DNA of 64,000 bases from Pseudomonadota bacterium. Its GTDB lineage: Bacteria > Pseudomonadota > Alphaproteobacteria > MPNO01 > UBA2964. The notes beneath the pieces are model-generated. The model was not told the DNA's origin. It searched no databases and saw only the letters and a list, made by a program, of their open reading frames with translations. Both the position numbers and the translations under genes were made by a program. This document shows positions 39,548-49,303 of this stretch, in pieces (within the stretch, counting starts at the first letter, position 1; every line of letters starts with the position of its first letter). The stretch spans positions 11,206 through 75,205 of the forward strand of contig JAYZBC010000066.1 in NCBI GenBank assembly GCA_036339375.1. The letters run 5' to 3'.

Positions 39548-40942
39548 ATGCCGCCAGATGATTTACATTTCCAGTCCTCAAAAGAAGCCGCGCCTGAGAT
39601 TGATTTCAACCAGCTAATTTTTGAAGAAAAGGTACACCAACGCCTTTACACAGACCACAGTATTTTTCGTGTAGAAATGGAAAAAATTTTTGGAGCTGTT
39701 TGGGTTTTTATTGCTCATGAAAGCCAAATTCCGAAAAAAAATGATTTTGTAACTTCAAAATTGGGTCCACGACCGTTGATTGTTGTCCGTGATTCTAGCG
39801 GAAAATTACGCGCACTCTATAATCGCTGCACGCATCGTGGTGCCACGGTATGTCGACAAACAAGTGGTTCAGCAAAATCATTTTCATGTCCCTATCACGG
39901 TTGGAGTTATTTTAACTCCGGAAGGCTCAGCAATGTCCCGTGGCCAGAAGGCTACGCGGATGATTTGCACGACACCAAGTATAATTTAGCACAGGTGCCG
40001 AGGGTACAGTCTTACCGGGGGTTCATTTTTGGAACGCTAAACAAAGAGGCGCCTTCACTACAAGATTACCTGGGTGGCGTAAAAAAACCGCTTGACGAAT
40101 GGCTGGACCGGCACCCCGGGGGAAGAGTAGTTTTTTGCGATGCAAACCGACTAAAGTTCAAAGGAAACTGGAAGCTTCTTTATGATAATTCCGCAGACGG
40201 CTATCACGTAATTTTTTCACACCGTTCTTTGCTCGCAATGGAAAACCGATTGGTCTCCGGCAATGAGCAAGACAAAGGAATGGCCTTTTATAAAAACAGT
40301 CCGGATAACGCCCAAATGTATGTAAAAGTTTTTGAAAATGGTCATCATTTTAAGGACAAAAGACCTAATATCGATAACAATCCCGGAGCGCTTTGGGCCA
40401 TTGAAGGTCCACATCCTGGTATGGAAAATTACGAAGCAGCTATAAGAAAAAAGCTAGGAAAAAAAGCAGACGATGTACTGGACCTCGCATCCTCCGAACC
40501 TGTAAATATTAATATTTTTCCCAACCTCCATATTCTTGGTAACCACGTTCAGGTTTCCCAACCCCTATCCCTAACGGAAACCGACACCACGTGGTGGGGT
40601 ACAGCTGTCATTGATTATGAAGATGAACTCCAAGGCTGTGAGGAGGAGATAAACGCGCTTCGCATGAGAACTCAAGAAAGCTTCCCTAATTTTGGTGAAC
40701 TGGATGACTTGATGAATTTTGAACAAATTCAAATTGGTTTAGCAGGCAAAGAAGATGAATGGGTATATATGCACAGAGGGTTAGGCGTACCTGGTCGAGT
40801 AAAACGGGATGAAGACGGCTATCTCATTGGCCCTTCAACAGATGAGGTGTTTTTACGGGAAACGATGAAGGAATATAAGCGCCTAATGATGGCCACTCCT
40901 AAATTACAAATCGAGCGCGATGTCAAAGCGGAATTGGTTTAA
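39548..40942 (+). CDS. Rieske oxygenase alpha subunit, aniline dioxygenase (AtdA3/TdnA1) type
   Basis: CTHRG...CPYHGW Rieske site, DGYHVIFSH, NIFPNLHILGN and NALRMRTQESFP..GELDD. Confidence 0.85.
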   Translation: MPPDDLHFQSSKEAAPEIDFNQLIFEEKVHQRLYTDHSIFRVEMEKIFGAVWVFIAHESQIPKKNDFVTSKLGPRPLIVVRDSSGKLRALYNRCTHRGATVCRQTSGSAKSFSCPYHGWSYFNSGRLSNVPWPEGYADDLHDTKYNLAQVPRVQSYRGFIFGTLNKEAPSLQDYLGGVKKPLDEWLDRHPGGRVVFCDANRLKFKGNWKLLYDNSADGYHVIFSHRSLLAMENRLVSGNEQDKGMAFYKNSPDNAQMYVKVFENGHHFKDKRPNIDNNPGALWAIEGPHPGMENYEAAIRKKLGKKADDVLDLASSEPVNINIFPNLHILGNHVQVSQPLSLTETDTTWWGTAVIDYEDELQGCEEEINALRMRTQESFPNFGELDDLMNFEQIQIGLAGKEDEWVYMHRGLGVPGRVKRDEDGYLIGPSTDEVFLRETMKEYKRLMMATPKLQIERDVKAELV

Positions 40943-41523
40943 TGCAAAATGACCCATCGCTGAGTTCCTACTACGTAGGTCACCAATTTTATAAAACACT
41001 TGTTAAAAGTTACACAAACTGGCAAACCGAAGAAGCAGAGATTCTGGATCCAGTTTTAAGGGATTGTTGCCGAGTGCTAATAGAAAAAGAAGCGCGGTTA
41101 CTGGATCAAAACAATTTGGACGACTGGCTGAATTTATTTATACCGGAATGCATTTATTGGGTCCCTGCAACGCCTAATGGAGGTGACCCTAGAAAAGAGA
41201 TAGCAGTTTGTTTTGATGACCGTCGCAGGCTAGAAGACAGAATTTTCCGATTACAAAACGAGTTTGCTTGGTCCCAACAACCAAAATCACGAACTGCCCG
41301 ATTAATTTCAAATGTTAGTCTTTTTTCTACTGAAATTAGTTCCGTTTTAATGGTGAGATCAAATTTTTTAACGACAGAGCTCCAGGCTGGTGACAAAAGG
41401 ACATACACGGGATGGTATGGGCATACAATTTGTCAAGACCACGACGTTTGGAAAATTAAAGTCAAGCAGGTAAATTTAATTGATTGCGATCAAAATTTAC
41501 GAAATCTGAGCATAATTCTTTAA
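40942..41523 (+). CDS. ring-hydroxylating oxygenase beta subunit (AtdA4/TdnA2-like)
   Basis: EARLLD, YWVP, DDRRRLEDRI.RL, SQQPKSRT and VNLIDCD; TAATG coupling to the alpha gene. Confidence 0.88.
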   Translation: MQNDPSLSSYYVGHQFYKTLVKSYTNWQTEEAEILDPVLRDCCRVLIEKEARLLDQNNLDDWLNLFIPECIYWVPATPNGGDPRKEIAVCFDDRRRLEDRIFRLQNEFAWSQQPKSRTARLISNVSLFSTEISSVLMVRSNFLTTELQAGDKRTYTGWYGHTICQDHDVWKIKVKQVNLIDCDQNLRNLSIIL

Positions 41524-41527
41524 AGGA

Positions 41528-42532
41528 TTAAACTCGAAGCTGGTGGAACGGCTCCAGAGCTTCTTTAACAAAAATTTCCTCAGGGGTTAAATGACGCTGT
41601 GTCACGCCCTGCTCAAAACAATACCGCAGAAATGCTTCCAAGGTTTTACGATTTTGGTCAATACCGTAGGGCCAATATTCACCACCAGGGAAAAACTCCT
41701 TTTCTGTCCGGTGTATGTATTGCTGTATCCAAGGGAGGGCAATCTGTGAAACATTCAAGTCTTTCATTCTCCGAACTGAATTTCTTTTTGCTTGATCAAA
41801 GGCATTGAATACATTCCGTGCAATCCACGGGTTTGCCTCATAGCTTGATCGACGTAAGGCCACAGTGTGCATAATTGGGAAAATACCAGATTTTGCAAAA
41901 AATTCGCGTTCAACGCCCTCATACTCTGGGTAGAGACGTGTAATTCGATTATCTCCTGCCAACATTCGACGTGGTGGATCAGCCGTCAAAATTGCATCCA
42001 GTTTTTCCTCAACCAGCATATCAGCTAATGATCCATCCGGCAGGTTTGTAAGGCTAACACCTTGGGGTGGTTTTTCCGCAGTATTATCAAGCCTTCCAGG
42101 AGAATTGGGTCCAAGTTGATACCAGTCAATTTCTGATAAAGGTATTCCCACAGTATCCGTCAGCCAGCCGCGAATATAGGTCGTAGCCGTCTGCGCCCAC
42201 TGCGGCAAACCCACCCTTTTTCCACGGAGTTGTTGTGGTGTTGTAATGCCACTATTTGAACGTATATAAACCCCTGATAAACGGAATAGCCGGGACGGAA
42301 AAACGGGGATAAGAACAAATGGAGCGTGCCCCCGATCTATCGCTTGACAAGACATCGCAAAGGAAATTTCTGAAATATCCCATTCTTGGTTTTGCAGAAA
42401 CCTTTTAAAAGTTTCTTCTACCTCCATAACCAGACTGGTAATTTCTATACCAACGGGTTTTACAGCACCCGTAAATAAGTCACGAACGTGATCATAATCA
42501 TTAATACCCATCGTCAGATGTATATCTGCCAT
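41528..42532 (-). CDS. 4,5-dihydroxyphthalate decarboxylase-like protein (periplasmic-binding-protein fold)
   Basis: YDHVRDL..G.V, PVFPSRLFR, LRGKRVGLPQWAQTA, GIFPIMH and YWPYGI..NRKTLE; no obvious signal peptide. Confidence 0.75.
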   Translation of the reverse strand: MADIHLTMGINDYDHVRDLFTGAVKPVGIEITSLVMEVEETFKRFLQNQEWDISEISFAMSCQAIDRGHAPFVLIPVFPSRLFRLSGVYIRSNSGITTPQQLRGKRVGLPQWAQTATTYIRGWLTDTVGIPLSEIDWYQLGPNSPGRLDNTAEKPPQGVSLTNLPDGSLADMLVEEKLDAILTADPPRRMLAGDNRITRLYPEYEGVEREFFAKSGIFPIMHTVALRRSSYEANPWIARNVFNAFDQAKRNSVRRMKDLNVSQIALPWIQQYIHRTEKEFFPGGEYWPYGIDQNRKTLEAFLRYCFEQGVTQRHLTPEEIFVKEALEPFHQLRV

Positions 42533-42633
42533 TTAAACCCCTTCGGCACAAAATTTTAACCTGTTGATAGCACGGGTTAGAAAGATATGCACCCGCAGTG
42601 GTCAATACCTTATGGTTAGTTTACGTTCCAAGT

Positions 42634-43935
42634 ATGGAGTCTTACACACAAAAATGGGTGGATAAAGACAACGGTTTCGTCAAACGTGAAGCCTTTGTGA
42701 GTGAGGATGTCTATAAATTAGAAATTGACCGCCTTTTTAACCGGAACTGGATATTTTTAGGACATGAAACCGAAATCCCTGACGAAGGAGATTTTGTAGT
42801 CAGAAATTTAGGGAATGCCCCAGTGATTGTGATTCGTGTTGATAAAAACAAAATAAAGGTTTTTCTTAACAGCTGCCGACACCGAGGGACTAAATTGTGC
42901 CGTGTAGATGCTGGCAAGGCAAAGAAATTTGTTTGCCCTTTTCATGGATGGACTTATGAAAAATCTGGCAAACTAATTTCTACAGGTTTTGACCACCATT
43001 TTCCTGAAAAAACAGATTTTTCCTTACTCAGCCTAATAGCAGCTCCAAGGGTGGAAACATTCAGAGGATTGATCTTTGGTTGTTGGGACAAGGATGTCGT
43101 TGGGTTAAACCAATTTCTTGGGGACATCGGCTGGTATTTAGATGCCTTTTTCAATCGTTCGCCCCAAGGAATGGAAGTGCTGGCTCCACCACACCGCTGG
43201 CGGACTAAGGCTAACTGGAAAATTGGAGCTCTAAATTTTATTGGTGATAATCAACACGGCTCAACAACTCATATTGGTCCTTCTACAGTAGATAAAAACC
43301 GAACCATTCGAGATGGATTTCGAAAATCTGCAGAGGAAAGTTTCCACGTGGTTACGGAAGGAGGCCACGGTTGCACCATGGCTTATTTAGTCCCGGGAAT
43401 GCCAAAAAAAAACTACCAAACGTACTCAGAAAAACTCAAACCCATTTATGAAAAAAACCTTCAACCGGGCCAATATGCCATGTTGCATAATTTAAGGGTT
43501 TGTGTCGGAACAGTGTTTCCCAACCTTTCTTTTGTTGAATCCCAGGTTGGGGCGGGCGAAAAAGCGCTAATCGTGCGCCTTTGGCACCCTGTCAACGCTA
43601 TTGAAATGGAGGTGCTAAGTTGGGTTTTTGCGGAAGTCGAAGCAAATGACGAATATAAGAAAAGTGCTCTCAGAAACGGGTTCCACAACTTTGGCGCTGC
43701 GGGGGTCTTTGAACAAGATGATATGGAGCTTTGGGCATCTGCAACTGCGGCTAGCGATAACTCAATCGCCCAACAATACCCCTTCAGTTTTCAAACAAGC
43801 CTGCGTTACATTTCCAAGCCAACGAAACAGCATGATTGGCCTGGTAAAACCTATAGACCAGTAGACACAGAAGTTGCCCAGTTCCACTTCATGCAGCATT
43901 GGGAAAAGGTGTTATTGGCTGGCGGACCATTTTAA
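42634..43935 (+). CDS. Rieske ring-hydroxylating oxygenase alpha subunit (phenylpropionate/biphenyl-like group)
   Basis: CRHRG...CPFHGW, NWK...NFIGDNQH...TH, VFPNLS and GVFEQDD; ATG at 42634 likely. Confidence 0.88.
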   Translation: MESYTQKWVDKDNGFVKREAFVSEDVYKLEIDRLFNRNWIFLGHETEIPDEGDFVVRNLGNAPVIVIRVDKNKIKVFLNSCRHRGTKLCRVDAGKAKKFVCPFHGWTYEKSGKLISTGFDHHFPEKTDFSLLSLIAAPRVETFRGLIFGCWDKDVVGLNQFLGDIGWYLDAFFNRSPQGMEVLAPPHRWRTKANWKIGALNFIGDNQHGSTTHIGPSTVDKNRTIRDGFRKSAEESFHVVTEGGHGCTMAYLVPGMPKKNYQTYSEKLKPIYEKNLQPGQYAMLHNLRVCVGTVFPNLSFVESQVGAGEKALIVRLWHPVNAIEMEVLSWVFAEVEANDEYKKSALRNGFHNFGAAGVFEQDDMELWASATAASDNSIAQQYPFSFQTSLRYISKPTKQHDWPGKTYRPVDTEVAQFHFMQHWEKVLLAGGPF

Positions 43936-43939
43936 AAAA

Positions 43940-44461
43940 ATGGTCGAACTCGAATTTAACCCCTCTGTAAGTGATACGGATTATCTTGCAATCCAGCGTT
44001 TCATGTATTACGAGGCTTTGCTTTTGGATGAACGCGCATATTTGGACTGGTTTTGTTTACTGACAGATGATATCCACTATAAAATCACAACCCAAGTTGC
44101 GCGCGCTACAGAAGATGGAATAATTCGAGTAGCAATCATCGATGAAGATATGCAAGCTTTAAAGATGCGTGTCGATCAAATTTCTAATCCAAAATTGACT
44201 CATGCCGAAAATCCCCCGACTTTAACGCGCCGGCTTATTTCAAATATTCAGGTTTCTTCGGGAAATTTAAAGAACACCTACACGGTAAAATCTAACCTTC
44301 TGCTGTACGAAAATCGAGCGGAAAACCTGAATGGCAGCGTGCACGCAGGCAAACGTGAAGACTTCCTCATAAAAATAGACCGAAGTTTCCGAATTGCACA
44401 AAGAATTGTAGATCTGGACCAAACCGTTCTTAGCAATAGTACACTGAGTTTGCTGCTCTAG
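43940..44461 (+). CDS. ring-hydroxylating oxygenase beta subunit
   Basis: FMYYEALLLDER, AENPPTLTRRLISN, GKRED and RIVDLDQ; ATG at 43940. Confidence 0.88.
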   Translation: MVELEFNPSVSDTDYLAIQRFMYYEALLLDERAYLDWFCLLTDDIHYKITTQVARATEDGIIRVAIIDEDMQALKMRVDQISNPKLTHAENPPTLTRRLISNIQVSSGNLKNTYTVKSNLLLYENRAENLNGSVHAGKREDFLIKIDRSFRIAQRIVDLDQTVLSNSTLSLLL

Positions 44462-44564
44462 ACCTAATTTTTGGATAAATTGCTATACCAAAAAAAGAAT
44501 TATTTGTGTTTTTCAATTTAGAAAATTTAAAGTCCTTTTGCACCTCTTCTTTTAAATCATTTAC

Positions 44565-46139
44565 CTAAAGCCTTGCTCTGAGGCGAAACCTCTGAATTTT
44601 ACCTGTCGCTGTTTTCGGCAAGTCATCTAAAAAATAAAACCAACGAGGGTATTTATAATGGGCAAGCCCTTCCCGACAATGATTTATAAGTGCTTTTTCC
44701 GTTTCCTCTCCGGCATCTTGTAGGTCGTTTAGTACGACGTAGGCCGCAGGTTTTATTAAACCCTCTTCGTCAACCTGGCCTACTACAGCGGCTTCAAGAA
44801 TTTTTGGATGCTCTATTAATCTTGCCTCGATTTCAAAAGGAGAACACCAGAGGCCACCCACCTTCAACATATCATCCCCTCGACCTGCATTGTGATAGTA
44901 GCCCTCAGAATCACGATAATACATATCGCCGGTGTTGAGCCATTCGCCCTTCATCGTTGCTGCTGTTTTTTCAGGGTTATTCCAATAAAGCCGTGCTGCA
45001 GATTCTCCCTTAACCCAGACAGTCCCGATTTCTTCCGGCTTTTTAATTTCATTTTCCAATTCATCAACAAGTTTTACCTGGTATCCGCTCACCGGTTTCC
45101 CAGAGGTCCCAAATTTATAATCTTCCTCTTTATTGGAAATAAAAATATGCAAGTTTTCAGTTGAACCCAGGCCGTCAATTATTACATTTTCAGTCCTTTC
45201 TATCCAACGCCGCAAAACGTCCCCGGGCAACGCCTCTCCGGCAGAAATGCATAATCTTAAAGAAGATAAATTCGGTTCTGAAGTCTCCATTTTACGGAGT
45301 TGCTGAGCGTAAAGTGTAGGCACTCCAAAAAATACTGTCGGTCTAAACCGTTCAATCATTTTAAAACTCATTTGGGGAGTCACTTTTTCATCTGAGAGAA
45401 CGATGGTTGCCCCCACCCAAAGGGGAAAAGTCATAGCATTACCAAACCCATAAGAATGAAAGAGTTTACTTACTGAAAACACCGTATCTTTTTCTTTCAA
45501 TCCAATTGTGTCCACAGCAAATCGTTCGGATGTACAAACCATAGATCGATGGGGGTGGACAACGCCCTTTGGGTTTCCAGTAGACCCCGAAGAGTAGAGC
45601 CAGAAACAGTCATCCAAATGTGTCCTTGCAGCTGGCTCTAGGAGCCCATTACAACTGCCCGCCTGTTCAAACAAAGTTTCAACGGTGGCAACATAAGCTG
45701 ATTTATGTTTGCACGCTGAAACGGCAGGCTCCAAAATTTCTGAGAATTGGGAACTGTATATAAAACCCGCACAGCCACAATCTGAAATGAGATATATGTA
45801 ATCCTCTTTACGAAGCAAAGTGTTAACGGGCGCTGGAATAATTCCAGCCTTTATAGCGCCAAAAAACAATGCAATGAATTCCGGACAATCACGGACTACC
45901 ATCATCAATCTTTCCCCTGGTTTTATACCTTCAGCCAGGAGGTGTTTTCCTACCCTGTTTACATGGTTGTAAAGATCTTGATAAGTCCATGTTATGTCTG
46001 CTGTTTTGATTGCCGCTTTGTGCCCTCGTCCTTGGTTCACATGTGCATCTATAAAAGGCACTGCTACATTAAAATTTCGAGCAAAGTTTAGCCGGCTGGG
46101 AACCACCGTATGATCGATTTCAACTGTGTTATCTTTCAT
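44565..46139 (-). CDS. benzoate-CoA ligase family protein
   Basis: FWLYSSGSTGNPKG, KLFHSYGFGN, SAGEALP, IDGLGSTE.LHIF, DDMLKVGG and LPKTATGKIQRFRLR motifs. Confidence 0.9.
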   Translation of the reverse strand: MKDNTVEIDHTVVPSRLNFARNFNVAVPFIDAHVNQGRGHKAAIKTADITWTYQDLYNHVNRVGKHLLAEGIKPGERLMMVVRDCPEFIALFFGAIKAGIIPAPVNTLLRKEDYIYLISDCGCAGFIYSSQFSEILEPAVSACKHKSAYVATVETLFEQAGSCNGLLEPAARTHLDDCFWLYSSGSTGNPKGVVHPHRSMVCTSERFAVDTIGLKEKDTVFSVSKLFHSYGFGNAMTFPLWVGATIVLSDEKVTPQMSFKMIERFRPTVFFGVPTLYAQQLRKMETSEPNLSSLRLCISAGEALPGDVLRRWIERTENVIIDGLGSTENLHIFISNKEEDYKFGTSGKPVSGYQVKLVDELENEIKKPEEIGTVWVKGESAARLYWNNPEKTAATMKGEWLNTGDMYYRDSEGYYHNAGRGDDMLKVGGLWCSPFEIEARLIEHPKILEAAVVGQVDEEGLIKPAAYVVLNDLQDAGEETEKALINHCREGLAHYKYPRWFYFLDDLPKTATGKIQRFRLRARL

Positions 46140-46345
46140 ATCTAAAACCTGTTTCTTGAATTAGGTATTGACCAATTCTTCCCTCCACGCAACCAAACAT
46201 ATAGTTTTTTCAGGAAAAAAATCATGCTGCGGCAAATTGTGTCTGTTCTATGGGTTGCTTTTACTGCTAATTGCTGGCAACACCATGATAAATTAGAATT
46301 TCTTTTGATAATTTTTGGTGTCAAAATGCAGATGGAAAACAAGTA

Positions 46346-49303
46346 ATGGCTGCAACGGCGGAAGTAAAAAAATATGTTGGGCAACCCATTGAACGGGTCG
46401 AAGATGAGACCTTACTTATGGGTAAAGCACAGTATTCCGATAATTTGCCGACTCGCGCTGGTACCGTGCATGCAGCAATTTTGCGGTCACCCCACGCGCA
46501 TGCTGAAATTCTCTCAATAGACACTTCTGAAAGTGAAAAAACACCTGGCGTTGTAGCCGTGATGACGGGTGAAGATATCCGGGAAATGTCAGAAGCTTTT
46601 CTAATAGTATTACGCCAACCCATTAACCAATGGGCGCTTGCGGTTGAAAAAGTTCGCTATGTAGGGGAGCCAGTAGCTTTAGTCGTCGCTCGGGATCGTT
46701 ATTTAGCTGAAGATGCGGTTTCAAAAATTTTGGTTGAATATAAAACACTCCAACCCGTTATCGATCAGGAACAAAGTATAAAAGACGATGCACCTATAGT
46801 GCATGAGGGAGTTGGCAGCAACGTCGTTTCAACAAGAGAATTTACATACGGTGACCCGGATTCTGCGTTTGCAAAAGCTGATAAAAAAATTGAAATGACA
46901 ATCCGTTACCCACGCAATTCGCACACACCCATTGAGGGTTTCGTAGTCACTGCGGATTATCATCCGGGAGAGAATCTTTATGATGTAGCGTCGAATTATC
47001 AGGGGCCTTTCACGTCTCATCCAGTAATGTCAATGGCACTTAGGGTTAAAAACTCTCAACTTCGCATGCGAACCCCACAATGGTCGGGTGGAGGTTTTGG
47101 GGTAAAGGTTCAAATTTTTCCTTATGTAGTCCTAATCTGCCTTGCATCGAAAAAAACGGGGAAACCGGTAAAATGGGTAGAAGACAGGCTAGAACATCTT
47201 TCTGCCGCTGCAGCGGCCCCCAATCGTCTTATCAAACTCGAAGCTGCGGTAAAAAATGACGGCAAAATAACAGCTTTCCGATTTGACCAGCAAGATGACT
47301 ACGGGGCCTTCCTGCGTGCCCCGATGCCGGGTCCTTTGTATCGAATGCACGGCATTTTAACAGGTGCCTACGATGTTAAAAATTTAGCCGTTACTAATCG
47401 AGTTGTAATGACCAATAAATGCCCGTCTGCAATGGTGCGAGGGTTTGGCGGGCCGCAAATGTATTACGCCATCGAGCGCGTGATGCACCAAATAGCGGTT
47501 CAGCTAAAATTGGATCCACTGGATGTCATTCGAAAAAATTTAATTCCAGCCGGGAGTTTTCCCTATCGGGCTGCGGCGGGAGCGCTTTTAGATTCTGGTG
47601 ATTATCCAACCGCTGTAAAGAAAGCAGTTTTGGAAGGTGGCTTAGAAGAACTTAAAAAGCGTCAAAAAAAAGCACGCGCCGAGGGAAAAAAATATGGGAT
47701 TGGGTATGCAGCAATTGTAGAACCTGCGCAATCTAATATGGGTTATCTCTCCAATATTTTATCTCGGGATGAGCGTGCAAAGAACCCTAAGGGCGGCGCA
47801 GTAGCTAATGCAACTGTGAACGTTGACCCACTTGGTACTGTAAGCGTCACAGCAGATTCAATACCGCAGGGGCAAGGTCATATGACAATTCTCTCTCAAA
47901 TCGTTGCAGATGAGTTAGGCCTTACACCAGACCAAATAAAGGTCAACTTGGATTTTGATACGGCAAAAGATGCTTGGTCAATTGCGACAGGAAATTATTC
48001 GTCACGATTTTCATCAGCAACCGCCGTTGCCTGCCAAATGGCTGCCCAAAAGGTTAAAGCCAAGTTGTCACGCATAGCAAGCCAAAACCTTAACGTTCCC
48101 GCGGATCAGCTAAATTTTGAAAATGGAAAAATTTTTGATCCAAAGAATCATGATAATTCCATCAATTTTTATCGCGCTGCTGGAGCTGCACATTGGACCC
48201 CTGGCAACCTTCCTGAAGAAATGGAGCCATGCGTCCGCGAGACCGGTTCTTGGTCTCCTCCAGAATTGGAGTCCCCAAACGAAAAAGATCAAATCAATAC
48301 CTCACTAACTTACGCTTTTGTGTTTGACTTTTGCGGTGTTGAAATTGACCCCGATACTGCCCAAGTCAAAATAGATAAGTACGTAACACTGCATGACTCT
48401 GGCCTGCTCTTAAACCCCCTGCTCGCCGACGGTCAAGTTCATGGTGCTTTTGCTTGGGCTGTTGGGTGTGCTTTATACGAAGAATTTATTTATGGGGAAG
48501 ATGGTAGTTTTTTAACAGGTACCTTTGCTGATTATCTCGTTCCTACTTCATGGGAAGTTCCTGAACCACAAATCATTCACATGGAGACACCGTCATTACT
48601 GACACCGTTAGGCGCCAAAGGGATTGGTGAAGGCAATTGCATGTCAACACCCGTATGTTTGGCAAATGCAGTCGCAGACGCACTTGATGTTGACGATTTA
48701 ACGTTGCCTTTAATACCCTCAAAAATCAGTGCTTTAATGCACGACGAAGAAAAATTCCCCAGCAAAAAGGAAACACCTGTACCTCCTGTAGCCGGAGATA
48801 ATGTTTTGAGGGGTAATGGGCAAACCACAGTACCTGCCAAACCACAAGAAGTTTGGAATACTTTGCTTGATTCCTCTGCTCTCGCGGCAGTTATACCAGG
48901 TTGTCATGAGTTAAAACGTATCACTGAAAATAGTTATCGTGCGGAGGTAACCCTTGGAGTGGGCCCTGTCCGGGGACGATTTATAGCTAACGTTGCCTTA
49001 ACGGAAATGCAGGAACCAAAAGAGACCAAAATTTCGGGGGGATTGATAGGCCCACTTGGAGCATCACAAGGGGTTGGACACGTGATATTAACTCCTGTCG
49101 AAAGCGGAACTACAGTCTCTTATGATTATTCGATAGAACTGTCGGGAACAATAGCCTCAGTAGGCGGACGCTTACTTGAAGGAGCAGCGAAAGCATTGGT
49201 TAAACAGTTTTTTCAAAGGCTGGTCAGCCAAGTTGGTGGAGAAGAAAATAAAGCAAGGCCATGGTGGCAAAGTCTATTTCGTATGCTGGGATTCATAAAA
49301 TGA
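46346..49303 (+). CDS. hmfA: molybdenum hydroxylase large subunit with C-terminal CoxG/SRPBCC domain (2-furoyl-CoA dehydrogenase type)
   Basis: YPRNS.TPIE, LRAP.P...YRMHG.LTGAY, FPYRAAAGALLDSG, KDAWS.A.GNYSSRF and GAKGIGEGN.MSTP recalled from HmfA; C-terminal IPGCHEL...GVGPVRG...VGGRLL. Confidence 0.8.
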   Translation: MAATAEVKKYVGQPIERVEDETLLMGKAQYSDNLPTRAGTVHAAILRSPHAHAEILSIDTSESEKTPGVVAVMTGEDIREMSEAFLIVLRQPINQWALAVEKVRYVGEPVALVVARDRYLAEDAVSKILVEYKTLQPVIDQEQSIKDDAPIVHEGVGSNVVSTREFTYGDPDSAFAKADKKIEMTIRYPRNSHTPIEGFVVTADYHPGENLYDVASNYQGPFTSHPVMSMALRVKNSQLRMRTPQWSGGGFGVKVQIFPYVVLICLASKKTGKPVKWVEDRLEHLSAAAAAPNRLIKLEAAVKNDGKITAFRFDQQDDYGAFLRAPMPGPLYRMHGILTGAYDVKNLAVTNRVVMTNKCPSAMVRGFGGPQMYYAIERVMHQIAVQLKLDPLDVIRKNLIPAGSFPYRAAAGALLDSGDYPTAVKKAVLEGGLEELKKRQKKARAEGKKYGIGYAAIVEPAQSNMGYLSNILSRDERAKNPKGGAVANATVNVDPLGTVSVTADSIPQGQGHMTILSQIVADELGLTPDQIKVNLDFDTAKDAWSIATGNYSSRFSSATAVACQMAAQKVKAKLSRIASQNLNVPADQLNFENGKIFDPKNHDNSINFYRAAGAAHWTPGNLPEEMEPCVRETGSWSPPELESPNEKDQINTSLTYAFVFDFCGVEIDPDTAQVKIDKYVTLHDSGLLLNPLLADGQVHGAFAWAVGCALYEEFIYGEDGSFLTGTFADYLVPTSWEVPEPQIIHMETPSLLTPLGAKGIGEGNCMSTPVCLANAVADALDVDDLTLPLIPSKISALMHDEEKFPSKKETPVPPVAGDNVLRGNGQTTVPAKPQEVWNTLLDSSALAAVIPGCHELKRITENSYRAEVTLGVGPVRGRFIANVALTEMQEPKETKISGGLIGPLGASQGVGHVILTPVESGTTVSYDYSIELSGTIASVGGRLLEGAAKALVKQFFQRLVSQVGGEENKARPWWQSLFRMLGFIK

